This document shows, one piece after another, positions 39,643 through 49,997 of a DNA stretch of 64,000 nucleotides (positions are counted from its first letter, which is position 1; every line of letters begins with the position of its first letter). The stretch spans positions 1,544-65,543 of the forward strand of contig JAEDFU010000004.1 of the NCBI GenBank assembly GCA_016297915.1. Reading direction: 5' to 3'. This DNA comes from Clostridia bacterium. Lineage in GTDB: Bacteria > Bacillota > Clostridia > Christensenellales > UBA1242. A program made the position numbers and the translations under genes. The notes below the pieces were generated by a model that saw only the letters and a list, made by a program, of their open reading frames with translations, was not told the origin of the DNA and ran no database searches.

Positions 39643-42600
39643 CTAGTCGATTTCTATAAGTTTCCCTAGATAAAAAGAGTATAAATATTTTTTGTCAACT
39701 TGAGTATTTGTTGCTTTTTCAAAGGCTTGTTTATAAATTTCTAGTTGCAAAGCATAAGTTTTTTTGAGATACATTTCGTCTTTTGTGCGGTTAGTCTTGT
39801 AGTCAATTAGACACACTTTGCCGTCTTTGACAACAACCAAATCTATAATTCCCTGCACAATCACCTTAGTATTATTATCGCTATTTTTTACAATTTTATT
39901 ATAGTTTTCTTGCATAATAAATTGTTTTTCGGTGTATTTTTTGTCTGCGTTCAAAACTATTGGCGACAGAACTTCTATAGCCTTGCAAATGCTATCAATA
40001 TCTATCTGTGTTGCACTTACTTGGTCTATCACATTTTCTCTTACAAGCCTATCTATCAAATCACTGATTTGTGCCTTGTTTTCGTCAAAATTTAGATTTT
40101 GCATAACACTATGATAAGCCGTCCCAATTTTAAGAAAATCTCTACTTTCGATTTTGTCCTCAGGGCTTAATGCATGAGGAACATAATTTAGATTTTCATA
40201 ATCTTTTTGTTCATTAAGGATATTTGTTACTGTATTTTTGATAGTAAAAGTCTCAAAGTTAGGCAAGGCTTTGGAGTTATTTTCAAAAATCTTTTTTAGC
40301 TCCAAATCCGCATTTTGAATAATTACAGGCTCATTCCCTACACTTGAGTCGTCAACAATATCTTGTGCACTCAAAAACTTAATATCAAATTTACTATCTA
40401 AATCCTCACAACAAACAAAGTCTTTGCTTGATAAAAAGTTTGAATAATACACCTTTGGAATTGCTTTGAATATCATATCAAAGTAGTTCTTAGCATTGTA
40501 AACTTGCGACACAGCATTTTTTTCAAAGTTATCCAAGTTGTACTGACCTATTAGAGATAGCCTTTCTTTTGGTCTGGTCATTGCAACATAAAGTAGTCTA
40601 ATTTCTTCGTTAAGTTCTGACTTTTTGTTGTCTATTTTGCAAGCGTTTCGCAATATAGTATCCTGCAAAGCCCTATCACTATTTGTATATTTAAGTCCAA
40701 AGCCAAAGTTATCGTTAATAATTATATCGTTAGTGTCTTTGTTTATATTGAATTTTTTGCCCAGTCCACAAAAAATCACGGCTGGGAACTCAAGCCCTTT
40801 GCTATAATGAATTGTCATAATTTGGACAGCATTTCCGCCAGTTCCTACTTTTTGCAATTCGTTATCTACAGAAACAAAGTCGATAAAATCAATAAATTTA
40901 TCTATGTTGTATCTGTAATTTTCGCCGTCAGCAAGAGACAAAAGTTCATTAATTTTAGCAATTCGTTCGTTGCCATTTGGCATGCTTTTGATCTTGGTCA
41001 TAAGCGAAAAGTCATTCAAAACTTTATTTAAAAACTCACTAATAGTATGAGAGTTTAGATACATTCTCATATTATCAACAAATTCAAAAAATGCGTGGAG
41101 TTTGACGGCAATTTCATCGTTATTATCGTAGTTTGCAATTGCATCACAAAAATTGCTACAGTTGGAATAGTTTTTGATACTTATAAGTTGCAAATCTGTT
41201 AAGTCAAAAAGATGCTTGAGAACTACAGCCAAAGATATCTCATCTTTGAGACTGCTCATAATCCTTACGCATGCTACACACAATTTAATCTCAAATGAAT
41301 TATAAAAATCAGACGATATTACGGCATTAACTGGGATTTGCATAGCACTAAGAGTATTAAAGAGTCTACCTACAAAAGTACCTCTTGACCTTACTATTAT
41401 CGCTATATCTTTGAAGTCATAATAAGTTCCGTCTTGTTTTTTGATTGTTCTGAGCTCGGCAATTTTGTTAGCTACAACTATGGCTTCTTTTTTTTCTAGC
41501 TCAACACTCTCCAAAGTCTCATCGTCACCAGTACTAGAATTAATTATCTGCATATCGACAACGCATTTGTCTACCTTCTTGTCAGACTCAAATCTTGAAT
41601 TTTGGCTATAGTTTATACCGATTGTATTTTCGGTTATAAGTTTGTCGAATATTAAGTTATTAAACTCTAGAATGTTTTTGTCACTACGATAATTTTTGTT
41701 AAAGTTTATCACCTTGTTTTTGATGCCGTCATTTGAAAATTTGTAGAACTTACTTACAAAAATTTTTGGTGAGGATTGTCTAAACGCATATATGCTTTGC
41801 TTAACATCCCCTATCATGTAATAGTTGTCATCAGATGTAAGTTTGCTTACAATCTTTTCTTGCTTTTCGTTGATGTCTTGATACTCATCAAAGAACACAA
41901 ACTGATATGTATCTTTTAGAATATTTTCTATTTTGGGATTTTCCAAAAGCTTGAGCATTTTGTCCTCAAGATCATTAAAGTCATTTGCGTTTTTCTTGTT
42001 TTTTTCTTGAGTGTATTTTTCCAAAGATTCAAAGCATAATTGTAGTAACAATTCAAGATTATCCTTAGAAGCAAGCAAATTTTGTTTGATTTCGTCAAAA
42101 TCAAAGCTTATTAGACTGCTTTTGATTTGCTTAATGAGTTCCAGATAATCTTTGTTTAATTGGTCAACTTTTTCGTCAACATCCAATTCAAAAACACTGG
42201 CATTTTTGTCTTTTCTAGGTTTAGTTAGTGTCTCCAGAGAGCCTAAAATTTTGATAAATTGTTCAAAACTTTTTGACTCAGTGAGTCTTAACATATCTTG
42301 AATTCTATGCGACAAGAATTCATAGTATTTAATAAGATCACTAGATCCTATTTCCTGAGCATAATCCATAAACTGTGACAAACGAATACTTATCATTTTG
42401 ACTGAATAGTGCCACAAGTAGTCACATACAGGATTTGTATTAAGGTTCAAATCAAAGCTACTTTTTGTCCTCTCTATCCAATCTTTTTCATCAGCCTTAT
42501 TTCTAAGATAATTAATCATGATGAGGATAATCTTTTTGAGATTTTGCTCATTTCTTTTTGAATTGTAACTATCATATAGTTCAAAAAATCTATCGTCACT

Positions 42601-43050
42601 GTCTGCAATATGTTTTTCAAAAACACTACTTACTGAGTTTTCTAACAAAAACTTGCTTTCTTTGTCCGAAAGCATCCTAAAGTCCGGACTCTCGTTTATT
42701 TCATAAAAGTACTTGATAATGAGTTTTTTGCAAACAGAATGCAATGTCCCTATTTCGGCAGAATTAATCAAATCTAGCTGTGAGTTCAAAAACTCCTTGT
42801 CTTTTTGGTCAACAGTTTTTAGTGCTTCGGTTATTTGATTAAATAACTTTTGCTTAATCTCTGTTGCTGCTGCATCCGTAAATGTCAAGACCAAGAGCTT
42901 TTTGACCGATACATGTTCGTTCAAAATTATTTGCATAAGCTTTTGTATCATTGTCGATGTTTTGCCAGAGCCAGCCGATGCGGAAACTAGTACATTTGAA
43001 TTGGAACTATCCAGAAATAATTTTTGTTCTTCGTTAGGTGTATATGCCAT
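39643..43050 (-). CDS. addA: ATP-dependent helicase/nuclease subunit A (AddA)
   Basis: UvrD-type Walker A SASAGSGKTS, FFDEYQD, C-terminal PD-(D/E)xK GIIDLVVVKDGKVCLIDYKT. Overlaps addB by 1 nt. Confidence 0.9.
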   Translation of the reverse strand: MAYTPNEEQKLFLDSSNSNVLVSASAGSGKTSTMIQKLMQIILNEHVSVKKLLVLTFTDAAATEIKQKLFNQITEALKTVDQKDKEFLNSQLDLINSAEIGTLHSVCKKLIIKYFYEINESPDFRMLSDKESKFLLENSVSSVFEKHIADSDDRFFELYDSYNSKRNEQNLKKIILIMINYLRNKADEKDWIERTKSSFDLNLNTNPVCDYLWHYSVKMISIRLSQFMDYAQEIGSSDLIKYYEFLSHRIQDMLRLTESKSFEQFIKILGSLETLTKPRKDKNASVFELDVDEKVDQLNKDYLELIKQIKSSLISFDFDEIKQNLLASKDNLELLLQLCFESLEKYTQEKNKKNANDFNDLEDKMLKLLENPKIENILKDTYQFVFFDEYQDINEKQEKIVSKLTSDDNYYMIGDVKQSIYAFRQSSPKIFVSKFYKFSNDGIKNKVINFNKNYRSDKNILEFNNLIFDKLITENTIGINYSQNSRFESDKKVDKCVVDMQIINSSTGDDETLESVELEKKEAIVVANKIAELRTIKKQDGTYYDFKDIAIIVRSRGTFVGRLFNTLSAMQIPVNAVISSDFYNSFEIKLCVACVRIMSSLKDEISLAVVLKHLFDLTDLQLISIKNYSNCSNFCDAIANYDNNDEIAVKLHAFFEFVDNMRMYLNSHTISEFLNKVLNDFSLMTKIKSMPNGNERIAKINELLSLADGENYRYNIDKFIDFIDFVSVDNELQKVGTGGNAVQIMTIHYSKGLEFPAVIFCGLGKKFNINKDTNDIIINDNFGFGLKYTNSDRALQDTILRNACKIDNKKSELNEEIRLLYVAMTRPKERLSLIGQYNLDNFEKNAVSQVYNAKNYFDMIFKAIPKVYYSNFLSSKDFVCCEDLDSKFDIKFLSAQDIVDDSSVGNEPVIIQNADLELKKIFENNSKALPNFETFTIKNTVTNILNEQKDYENLNYVPHALSPEDKIESRDFLKIGTAYHSVMQNLNFDENKAQISDLIDRLVRENVIDQVSATQIDIDSICKAIEVLSPIVLNADKKYTEKQFIMQENYNKIVKNSDNNTKVIVQGIIDLVVVKDGKVCLIDYKTNRTKDEMYLKKTYALQLEIYKQAFEKATNTQVDKKYLYSFYLGKLIEID

Positions 43051-46000
43051 TATTTATCTCCTTTTAGTTCTTGTATAGTATCGACTGGTTTAACCACTCT
43101 ATCGTTATCATTTAGATAGCCACAAAGCCCACCAAATTCACAGTAATCACAAGCACTACTATTTTGAACTTTGAGCGGATGCGGATTTATGTCTCCATCT
43201 AAAATGTTTTGAGTAGCAACTTTGACTTGATTAATTGCAAAATTAACAAGAAAATCAAAGTCTGCACTATCAATACACATTTTAGTCAAAAATGAACTAT
43301 TTTTGTAAAACTCGCCAGACTTAGTTGTTGACAAATTAATTACACTACTCTTGTAATTTGGCAATGTTAAATTATTATCCATTGCCAAAAGATTAGATTT
43401 GTCGCCATCAATTACGCCCGAAAATTTGTAATTTTGCTCACTTGCCTTAAATGAGTTTTTGATTGGCAGATAGAAAACTCCTACAGGATTTAGTTTGTTT
43501 TTATCCGCAAAAGCCTTGGCGTAAACTAGCAACTGAAGTTTTTTGCCACTTGCCACATCGGTGTAATTATCAAAACTACTATCTCCTGTCTTGTAGTCAA
43601 TGACAATAAATTTGTTACCCCAAATGTCAACTCTATCAATAACGCCCTTGACACCAACTGGAACTCCTGCAATTTTGTCTGAAAAAGCATATTCCAAGTA
43701 CTTTTTGTTTGGCTTAAAACTGCTTAGGGAAAGCTCGTTTTTGATAGCACCAATTATTCGCACTAATTCTTTTTTAAGCGATTTTAGGGCATAGTTATTA
43801 AGTGGCACTTCGAGCAAAAATTTGTATTTTGGGGACTGCAAGAGATTATCCAAATAATCAATTGCAAAAGTCTCTGCATCAAAGTCAAAATTATCTACTA
43901 TCTTTGGAAGAGTATTTTTGAGTATTTCGTGAATCATATTTCCGATATCTTGTGGAGATAACTCACATTTTTGATTGACCTTTAGTCTTAGTCCATATCT
44001 AGCAAAATGTTTGTAAGGGCAACTGTAATATGTTTCTATTTGGCTTACACTTGTTGAATTATTTGTAAACATATTGACATTTGGAATATTCCCTAGTTGT
44101 CTGGATTTGAAGTTATTGTCTATAAGTTTATAGATATTCTCTTCACCACTCATTTCAACTAGCAAATTGAGTATCTTGTGAAAATTCTCGTTATCCTTGT
44201 AAATCTTGTAATTTTTGGTCATGTTCAAAATATTATTAATAATTACATCGTGCGTTTGGTTATTAAACAAAACACTCTCCATATTGATTTGATATCTAGA
44301 ACTATCCACAAAATCAAGATAGCCTGACATATTAACTATCTGAAGCCCACAAATATAACTTAAACTTTTAACAAGCGAATTTGGAAAAAGTTTGCCACCT
44401 GCTTCATTTTCAGGAAAGCTTATTATAACGCCATTTTTTGCCTTTTGCATAGTATCAAAAAGTTTGTAGACTTTTCTTGCATTTAGCAGTGCAATAGTTG
44501 GATTGATTTTGTTACTATTAGGAAGTCTTGCAATCTCGTCATCGGACAAGAGTCCATTATCTATTTTGAGAGATGGGAGTTTCCCCTCATTACTGCCGAG
44601 AATATACAAATATTGATAATCACTTATGTAACTAGTTTCAAAGTCGGCTATAAACAAAGTGTTGCTAGTAATTGGAGGCATCGTAATATTTGTTGCATCC
44701 AAATAAGATATCCAAGTCTCCAAAAACTCATCAAAGCAGGTTTCATCATCGCCAAAGACAGACTTGTAATCGTCGCATGCGTGATCAAACTTGTTTAGGA
44801 CTTGATCAATAACTCGTGTGTCTATGGCGTTTAGTTTTGGAATATAATTTGAAATATATTTAGACAAATACTCCGTAATTTTGAATACGACATTATCAAA
44901 ATAATCATTAATTGAATGTGTTTTTTTAGCAAAATCTTTGATTGAATTTATAAATTCAAAAAATCCAAGCAAGTTTTCGTCATCAGTCAAATCAGATTTC
45001 AAGCAAGCAAAACCTTTTCTTCCGCTTTTTCTGAGGCTCTCATCAAACTCACTAAGTTTGACAAAATCGAAATCAAATATTTTGTTTTTGATAATACACA
45101 AAATATCGCTTGCCACAAATTGCCCATCTAAGAGTTTGCAAATGTTTAAAATTAATCTTATGTACTCGTGCTCTGTAATGCTCGAACTTTGGTCTAGATA
45201 ATATGGAATGTGATATAGTTGCAGTTCGTCTATAAGTAGTTTTTTGTAAAGCATCATACTTGGCACAACAATGGCAAAATCTCCAAAATTGCAATCACTA
45301 TGGCATGTCTTATTATAAATATCTGCTATAGCAAATTTAACCTCGTCGCAAGAATTATCAAAGCAGTTTACTGTAAACTTTGATATCATCTCCCCTGTTT
45401 TTTGAGGTGAATAAGCCAACAGATTATTTGCAATAATATCATTATTTGTAATCTTGTCGATTGCAAAATTAAGTCCATTATACTTAAAACAATCTACAAG
45501 GTCAAAATATACTTTGTTAGTAAAAATATTTTTGTTATTTGAGTCTTTGCTATACGGACAAGTTATGTAAGTCTTATCGCTAAACCTTGCAATCTTGTAG
45601 ATAATCTGCAAGTACAACTCAGTAAAGTCCTCAAAATCCACAAAATAAAAACAAGTATTTTTTAGATTGTCTCTATTTAGTGTATCTGCAAAAAGTTTGA
45701 GTCTATTAAAACTATCTGTGTAGTCGTTTTTCAAAAACTTTTCGTACTCAGAATATATAAGTTTTATGTCTTTTTGTTTTAGGTTTGCATAATCAGTGCT
45801 ATCGGTCACATACATATCGTCACAAGTGATATTACAGCTCTTATACAGACATATTGTTTCAAATAATTCGCTTGCAAAACCCATAGTGCTACTAACTTTG
45901 CCAAAAGTATGCAACTTGGATTTATTTTCAATAAGGAGTTTTTTGGTGAGTGCAATTCCCGATTGCTTGGACAAAATTTTTTGTGTTGGTGTACTTATCA

Positions 46001-46214
46001 AAAACTTTTTGGACAGACGAGAAATTGACATAACATCAATATCAAAAAAACAGCTCTCGCCAAGTTTGTCAAAAAGACTTTGTTCCAAACTAAACAAAGA
46101 TCTATCTGGGGCAATTATTATGTGATGTTTTGATTTGTCTCTCGACTTCAAAATCTCAAATATTTTGGCGTTTAAATCTCTAGTCGTCAAACCTGCCAAT
46201 ATATGAATGTCCAT
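43050..46214 (-). CDS. addB: ATP-dependent helicase/nuclease subunit B (AddB), Fe-S type, no N-terminal Walker A
   Basis: C-terminal nuclease GVIDRVDIWGNKFIVIDYKTG flanked by YYSCPYKHF and CDYCEFGGLC cysteines. The N-terminus AGLTTRDLNAK replaces GxxGxGKT. Confidence 0.85.
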   Translation of the reverse strand: MDIHILAGLTTRDLNAKIFEILKSRDKSKHHIIIAPDRSLFSLEQSLFDKLGESCFFDIDVMSISRLSKKFLISTPTQKILSKQSGIALTKKLLIENKSKLHTFGKVSSTMGFASELFETICLYKSCNITCDDMYVTDSTDYANLKQKDIKLIYSEYEKFLKNDYTDSFNRLKLFADTLNRDNLKNTCFYFVDFEDFTELYLQIIYKIARFSDKTYITCPYSKDSNNKNIFTNKVYFDLVDCFKYNGLNFAIDKITNNDIIANNLLAYSPQKTGEMISKFTVNCFDNSCDEVKFAIADIYNKTCHSDCNFGDFAIVVPSMMLYKKLLIDELQLYHIPYYLDQSSSITEHEYIRLILNICKLLDGQFVASDILCIIKNKIFDFDFVKLSEFDESLRKSGRKGFACLKSDLTDDENLLGFFEFINSIKDFAKKTHSINDYFDNVVFKITEYLSKYISNYIPKLNAIDTRVIDQVLNKFDHACDDYKSVFGDDETCFDEFLETWISYLDATNITMPPITSNTLFIADFETSYISDYQYLYILGSNEGKLPSLKIDNGLLSDDEIARLPNSNKINPTIALLNARKVYKLFDTMQKAKNGVIISFPENEAGGKLFPNSLVKSLSYICGLQIVNMSGYLDFVDSSRYQINMESVLFNNQTHDVIINNILNMTKNYKIYKDNENFHKILNLLVEMSGEENIYKLIDNNFKSRQLGNIPNVNMFTNNSTSVSQIETYYSCPYKHFARYGLRLKVNQKCELSPQDIGNMIHEILKNTLPKIVDNFDFDAETFAIDYLDNLLQSPKYKFLLEVPLNNYALKSLKKELVRIIGAIKNELSLSSFKPNKKYLEYAFSDKIAGVPVGVKGVIDRVDIWGNKFIVIDYKTGDSSFDNYTDVASGKKLQLLVYAKAFADKNKLNPVGVFYLPIKNSFKASEQNYKFSGVIDGDKSNLLAMDNNLTLPNYKSSVINLSTTKSGEFYKNSSFLTKMCIDSADFDFLVNFAINQVKVATQNILDGDINPHPLKVQNSSACDYCEFGGLCGYLNDNDRVVKPVDTIQELKGDK

Positions 46215-46270
46215 GCGATTTTCTCCTACACTCCAATTGTATCAAAAATCAGGACAAATTTCAACAAAAC

Positions 46271-46519
46271 TCACCTTGATAATTTTTTTATTTCACGCTC
46301 TAGTTTGCTTATTTTTTGCAGATATTTTTCTTCCAAACTAAGTTCGCAATTGCGTTTGATTAGCCTAACTAGTCCAAAAAACAGATTATTTATATCATCG
46401 TCAGAAACAATCCCGCTTGGACTTTTGAACTTAAGAATTTGTTTATTTACAAAAAATACTCTGCCGTGTTTACAGATAAAATCGCTCTTTTTCATACATA
46501 AATTATTGACATTTATCAT
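46271..46519 (-). CDS. small hypothetical protein (82 aa) upstream of addB
   Basis: ATG 46519 has AAGGA 8 nt upstream. The ORF-track start 46588 would overlap the divergent gene. No recognisable domain. Confidence 0.45.
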   Translation of the reverse strand: MINVNNLCMKKSDFICKHGRVFFVNKQILKFKSPSGIVSDDDINNLFFGLVRLIKRNCELSLEEKYLQKISKLEREIKKLSR

Positions 46520-46567
46520 ACAAATAATCCTTAGTTCATATAATTTAGAAAAAAACAGAGGGAAATT

Positions 46568-47527
46568 ATGCAAGAAAATTTTATACATATAATGTCCAAA
46601 TCACCATGTTATATTTCAGTTAACGGATGTGCAATTGGTTTGATTGATAACACTAATACAATGGAACTAGACTTTGTAACCAAGACAGACAAAGTATTTG
46701 TGAACTTTGAGCCTGTTACTTACAAAAAAAGCCAACTACCCTATACTTTTGAACTAGACACAGCAAATAAGGTGCGTTGCCAAAACGAAAATGTGCTAGT
46801 TGTACCATTTCCAAACAACCACTATGATGTAATTGTAAAGCCATTCGATATTAACCCAAATTTACAGACCAAAGCAATTCTAAATCAAAATATTGGAAAT
46901 TATTATGTGACTATTACATCATCGTCTATTAGCAATCTTACAATTTTTAGTGGAGCTAGCATTGTTTACAGTACAACTCTCCCATTGATTTCAAGTGCCA
47001 AGTGCGAACTAAAAAAAGGCATTATTGTTGTCGAGGGCTATATAAATGACAACAGCTATTATTTGTTTATGATTGACTCAAGTAATTTGAAGGTGTTATT
47101 TAGCGACACTGTGTGCTCAATTAGTTCGGATGCGGACGAAATAATGGCACTCAAAAACCTACACGACATCTCACATCATTCAGTAGTATGCAAACTCAAG
47201 TTTTCCACCAAACAAAGCGAAAAATATCATGTCTATGAAAACAATACTTGCGGAATATGTCAAAGTATACTACTGCTTCCCAAGGATTTTTTGGAGTGCA
47301 CTACAGTTGGTGACGAAAGCAAAATTAGAACCATGCTTTGTGACAATCTCAAAAACACCCCTGTTGCCAAATTCCAGAGTTACTTTGGAGAATTCAAACA
47401 TGTGTTTTTAAACAGGCACAATATCTTGCAAGACAAAATTAATTATACTGTTATTGGAAGCAAATGCAAAAATTACAACTTTGTGCTAAGCGGTGGCAAA
47501 ATAAAAGAAATAGAAGAAGTTTTTTGA
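46568..47527 (+). CDS. hypothetical protein (319 aa), no recognisable domain
   Basis: GAGGG SD 5 nt upstream of ATG. Soluble, looks beta-rich. Cys pairs CGIC and C...C. Confidence 0.55.
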   Translation: MQENFIHIMSKSPCYISVNGCAIGLIDNTNTMELDFVTKTDKVFVNFEPVTYKKSQLPYTFELDTANKVRCQNENVLVVPFPNNHYDVIVKPFDINPNLQTKAILNQNIGNYYVTITSSSISNLTIFSGASIVYSTTLPLISSAKCELKKGIIVVEGYINDNSYYLFMIDSSNLKVLFSDTVCSISSDADEIMALKNLHDISHHSVVCKLKFSTKQSEKYHVYENNTCGICQSILLLPKDFLECTTVGDESKIRTMLCDNLKNTPVAKFQSYFGEFKHVFLNRHNILQDKINYTVIGSKCKNYNFVLSGGKIKEIEEVF

Positions 47528-47587
47528 TGGCGAACGATAATAATATTTGCTTATTTGGCTGAGTTTGTTATATAATAAATATATAAA

Positions 47588-48313
47588 TTGAATTTAAGGA
47601 TAAGCAAATTGGATAAATACAAAGTTATTGCAATAGTTGCCTTGATTATCGTACTGCTAATAATTATTGTTTTTACTAGCAAGTATCGAATAATCAAGAC
47701 TTACGAAAAATATCTAAAAGTTGGAAACAAAGCCAATCTAAGCGGTAAACAAATTGCGTTTATCTCCAAACAGAACCTAGAGCTTGATGATTTGGAATTT
47801 GCTCTAACAGATGTAAAGTTGGGAGATGCATATAGCCCCAAGTACAAAACCTTGATACTAAGCGAGGATGTTTGTAATTCAGCGTCACTTAGCTCTATGG
47901 CTATTGTTTGTCACGAACTTGGGCATGCAGTTCAACACAAAAAACAAACACCTTTGTTTGTAATGAATCAACTAACCAGCAAGATTACAAGATTTACAAA
48001 TAAATTTATAATTCCTCTACTAGTTATTGGATTATTCTTGTTTTTGCTCAAGTATCCAAATGATTCTGTAGGCAAAATTTTAATGATTGTGTCTGGAGCA
48101 TTGTTTGGACTACATGTGATTAACTTGCTAATACTAATTCCACTAGAATATGATGCAAGCCGAAGAGCACTCAAATATATCAAAGAGTACAATCTAGTAT
48201 CCCCTAGTGAGTATCGCAAATCAAAAAAATTACTTAGAACAGCCGCTCAGACTTATATTGCAGGACTACTTGATAGTTTATTTGTATTTAACAAAAAAAG
48301 GAAGAAAAAATAA
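47588..48313 (+). CDS. YugP-type membrane zinc metallopeptidase (Zn_peptidase_2-like), paralog 1
   Basis: HELGHAVQ motif, N-terminal and two central TM helices. The true start may be TTG 47609 (AAGGA 8 nt upstream). Confidence 0.7.
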   Translation: MNLRISKLDKYKVIAIVALIIVLLIIIVFTSKYRIIKTYEKYLKVGNKANLSGKQIAFISKQNLELDDLEFALTDVKLGDAYSPKYKTLILSEDVCNSASLSSMAIVCHELGHAVQHKKQTPLFVMNQLTSKITRFTNKFIIPLLVIGLFLFLLKYPNDSVGKILMIVSGALFGLHVINLLILIPLEYDASRRALKYIKEYNLVSPSEYRKSKKLLRTAAQTYIAGLLDSLFVFNKKRKKK

Positions 48314-49014
48314 TGTACTACGAATATTATATTTTAGGAATTATCCTTTTGCCGGGAATTATTCTTGCTATATATGCTCAAAGCAAAGTATCCTACACTT
48401 TTCATAAATATAGCGAATGTTTTTCTAGTTGTGGAAAGACTGCTAGCGAAGTTGCAAGAATGTTTTTGGACTTTGCAGGGCTAAAAGATATCAAAATTAT
48501 AAGAGTTAGAGGTGAGCTTACTGATTACTATAATCACAGACAAAAAACACTAGCACTTAGTGATAGTGTTTATGATAGTATGTCAATATCTGCTCTTGGC
48601 GTTGCATGCCACGAAGTTGGTCATGCATTGCAATACAAAACCAACTACATTCCAATCAAAATTAGAAATTTTATAATCCCAATTTGCAATATTGTCAACA
48701 ATTTGCTTTGGGTTTTGATAATCCTCGGTGCAATATTCTTTTATACAAATATCGGTATTTGGTTTTGGTATATTGGTATTGGAGCTTTTGCTCTATCTGT
48801 ACTTGTTAACCTTGCTACTCTACCTTGCGAATATAATGCTAGCAATCGTGCACTTAAACTTTTGCAGGATAGCACAATTTTAACCGAAGAAGAAACTGGT
48901 TATGCCAAAAAAGTCTTGTACGCAGCTGGACTTACTTATGTTGCAAGTTTGGTTGTATCTATTCTCAACTTAGTAAGATTACTGCTTGTTTTGGGTCGAA
49001 ACAAACGAGATTAA
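48313..49014 (+). CDS. YugP-type membrane zinc metallopeptidase, paralog 2
   Basis: HEVGHALQ motif and the same TM layout. Start overlaps the paralog-1 stop (TAATG). Confidence 0.7.
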   Translation: MYYEYYILGIILLPGIILAIYAQSKVSYTFHKYSECFSSCGKTASEVARMFLDFAGLKDIKIIRVRGELTDYYNHRQKTLALSDSVYDSMSISALGVACHEVGHALQYKTNYIPIKIRNFIIPICNIVNNLLWVLIILGAIFFYTNIGIWFWYIGIGAFALSVLVNLATLPCEYNASNRALKLLQDSTILTEEETGYAKKVLYAAGLTYVASLVVSILNLVRLLLVLGRNKRD

Positions 49015-49020
49015 ATACAC

Positions 49021-49341
49021 TTATGGTTGAATATTAGTTATACAAACGCCTGAGTCCTTGCCGTTCATTACACTTATTCCATTTGAACTACAGCAACCAT
49101 CGTGATTAAACAAGCACTCAGCCCTACACTCAATCTTAACATCCTTATTGTGTCTAAAAGGATGAATATCTGGAGCAACTTCAAACATATTTTTGCTAAT
49201 ATCTTGATGTTGCTCTTTTTTGCGGTCTTTGTTTAATTCAAATGTCCCGCACTCACACGAACGCTTAATAGTAATCCCCTTGCTCATACATGCACATTCA
49301 TTATTGTACTTACAATTTAATTTTTTGCACTTTAAATCCAT
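49021..49341 (-). CDS. DUF1540-like cysteine-rich protein
   Basis: Two Cys-rich repeats (CKKLNCKYNNECACMSKGITI and CRAECLFNHDGCCSSNGISV). Confidence 0.5.
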   Translation of the reverse strand: MDLKCKKLNCKYNNECACMSKGITIKRSCECGTFELNKDRKKEQHQDISKNMFEVAPDIHPFRHNKDVKIECRAECLFNHDGCCSSNGISVMNGKDSGVCITNIQP

Positions 49342-49440
49342 TTTTTGCTCCTTTTTTCAAAAATAATTTAATTCATATAAATATTTTTGACAAGTCATCC
49401 CAAATTTATCCAAAAATAAGTATTTAGCGTAATTTTTGGT

Positions 49441-49469
49441 TTGACAAAAAACTAATATTTTTTTAAAAT
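49441..49469 (+). promoter_or_regulatory. sigma-70-type promoter of rplI
   Basis: TTGACA (49441-49446), 17-nt spacer, TAAAAT (49464-49469). AAGGAGAG SD before ATG 49506. Confidence 0.65.
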
Positions 49470-49505
49470 AACTATGATACAAAACTCAAAAAAGGAGAGT
49501 ATTAT

Positions 49506-49943
49506 ATGAAAGTAGTATTACTAAAAGACCTCAAAGGCAAAGGCAAAAAAGGCGATGTAATAAATATTTCGGACGGATATGCACTAAATTTTTTGATACC
49601 TCAGGGAATTGCAAAAGCTGGCACATCTTCTAATCTCAACGAAGCAAATCAAGCCAAGGAAGCCAAGGCTTATCATGACGAACAAGATCGACTAAAAGCA
49701 GTTGAACTAGGCAAAGTAATCGATCAAACCACAGTGAATCTCAAAGTTAAATGTGGAGCAAATGGCAAAGTATTTGGAAGTGTTACAAACAAAGAGATTT
49801 CGGATGAACTTGCCAAATTAAATATTAATGTTGATAAGAAAAAGATAGAAACAGACGCTATAAAATCTGTTGGATTATATACAATCAAAGTTAAACTTCA
49901 TCCAACTGTTACAGCTAGTCTCAAAGTTAATATTGAATGTTAA
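49506..49943 (+). CDS. rplI: 50S ribosomal protein L9
   Basis: [36 protein letters not shown]. Confidence 0.92.
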   Translation: MKVVLLKDLKGKGKKGDVINISDGYALNFLIPQGIAKAGTSSNLNEANQAKEAKAYHDEQDRLKAVELGKVIDQTTVNLKVKCGANGKVFGSVTNKEISDELAKLNINVDKKKIETDAIKSVGLYTIKVKLHPTVTASLKVNIEC

Positions 49944-49997
49944 AAAAAGCACTAAGTGCAATTGGGGTGTACCCCAAATTCACTTAGTGTCTTTTTT
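49942..49997. terminator. bidirectional compound terminator (rplI / YitT-family gene)
   Basis: Outer stem CACTAAGTG (49950-49958) / CACTTAGTG (49981-49989). Inner stem TTGGGGT/ACCCCAA. A-run before, T-run after. The 3' arm overlaps the last codons of the YitT-family gene. Confidence 0.75.

Noticed and set aside
46203-46592. 129-aa ORF on the plus strand overlapping the 82-aa minus-strand gene
   Set aside because: It has no SD and would start inside addB. The minus-strand frame has AAGGA-8-ATG and a coiled-coil-like C-terminus. Neither can be proven without conservation data.
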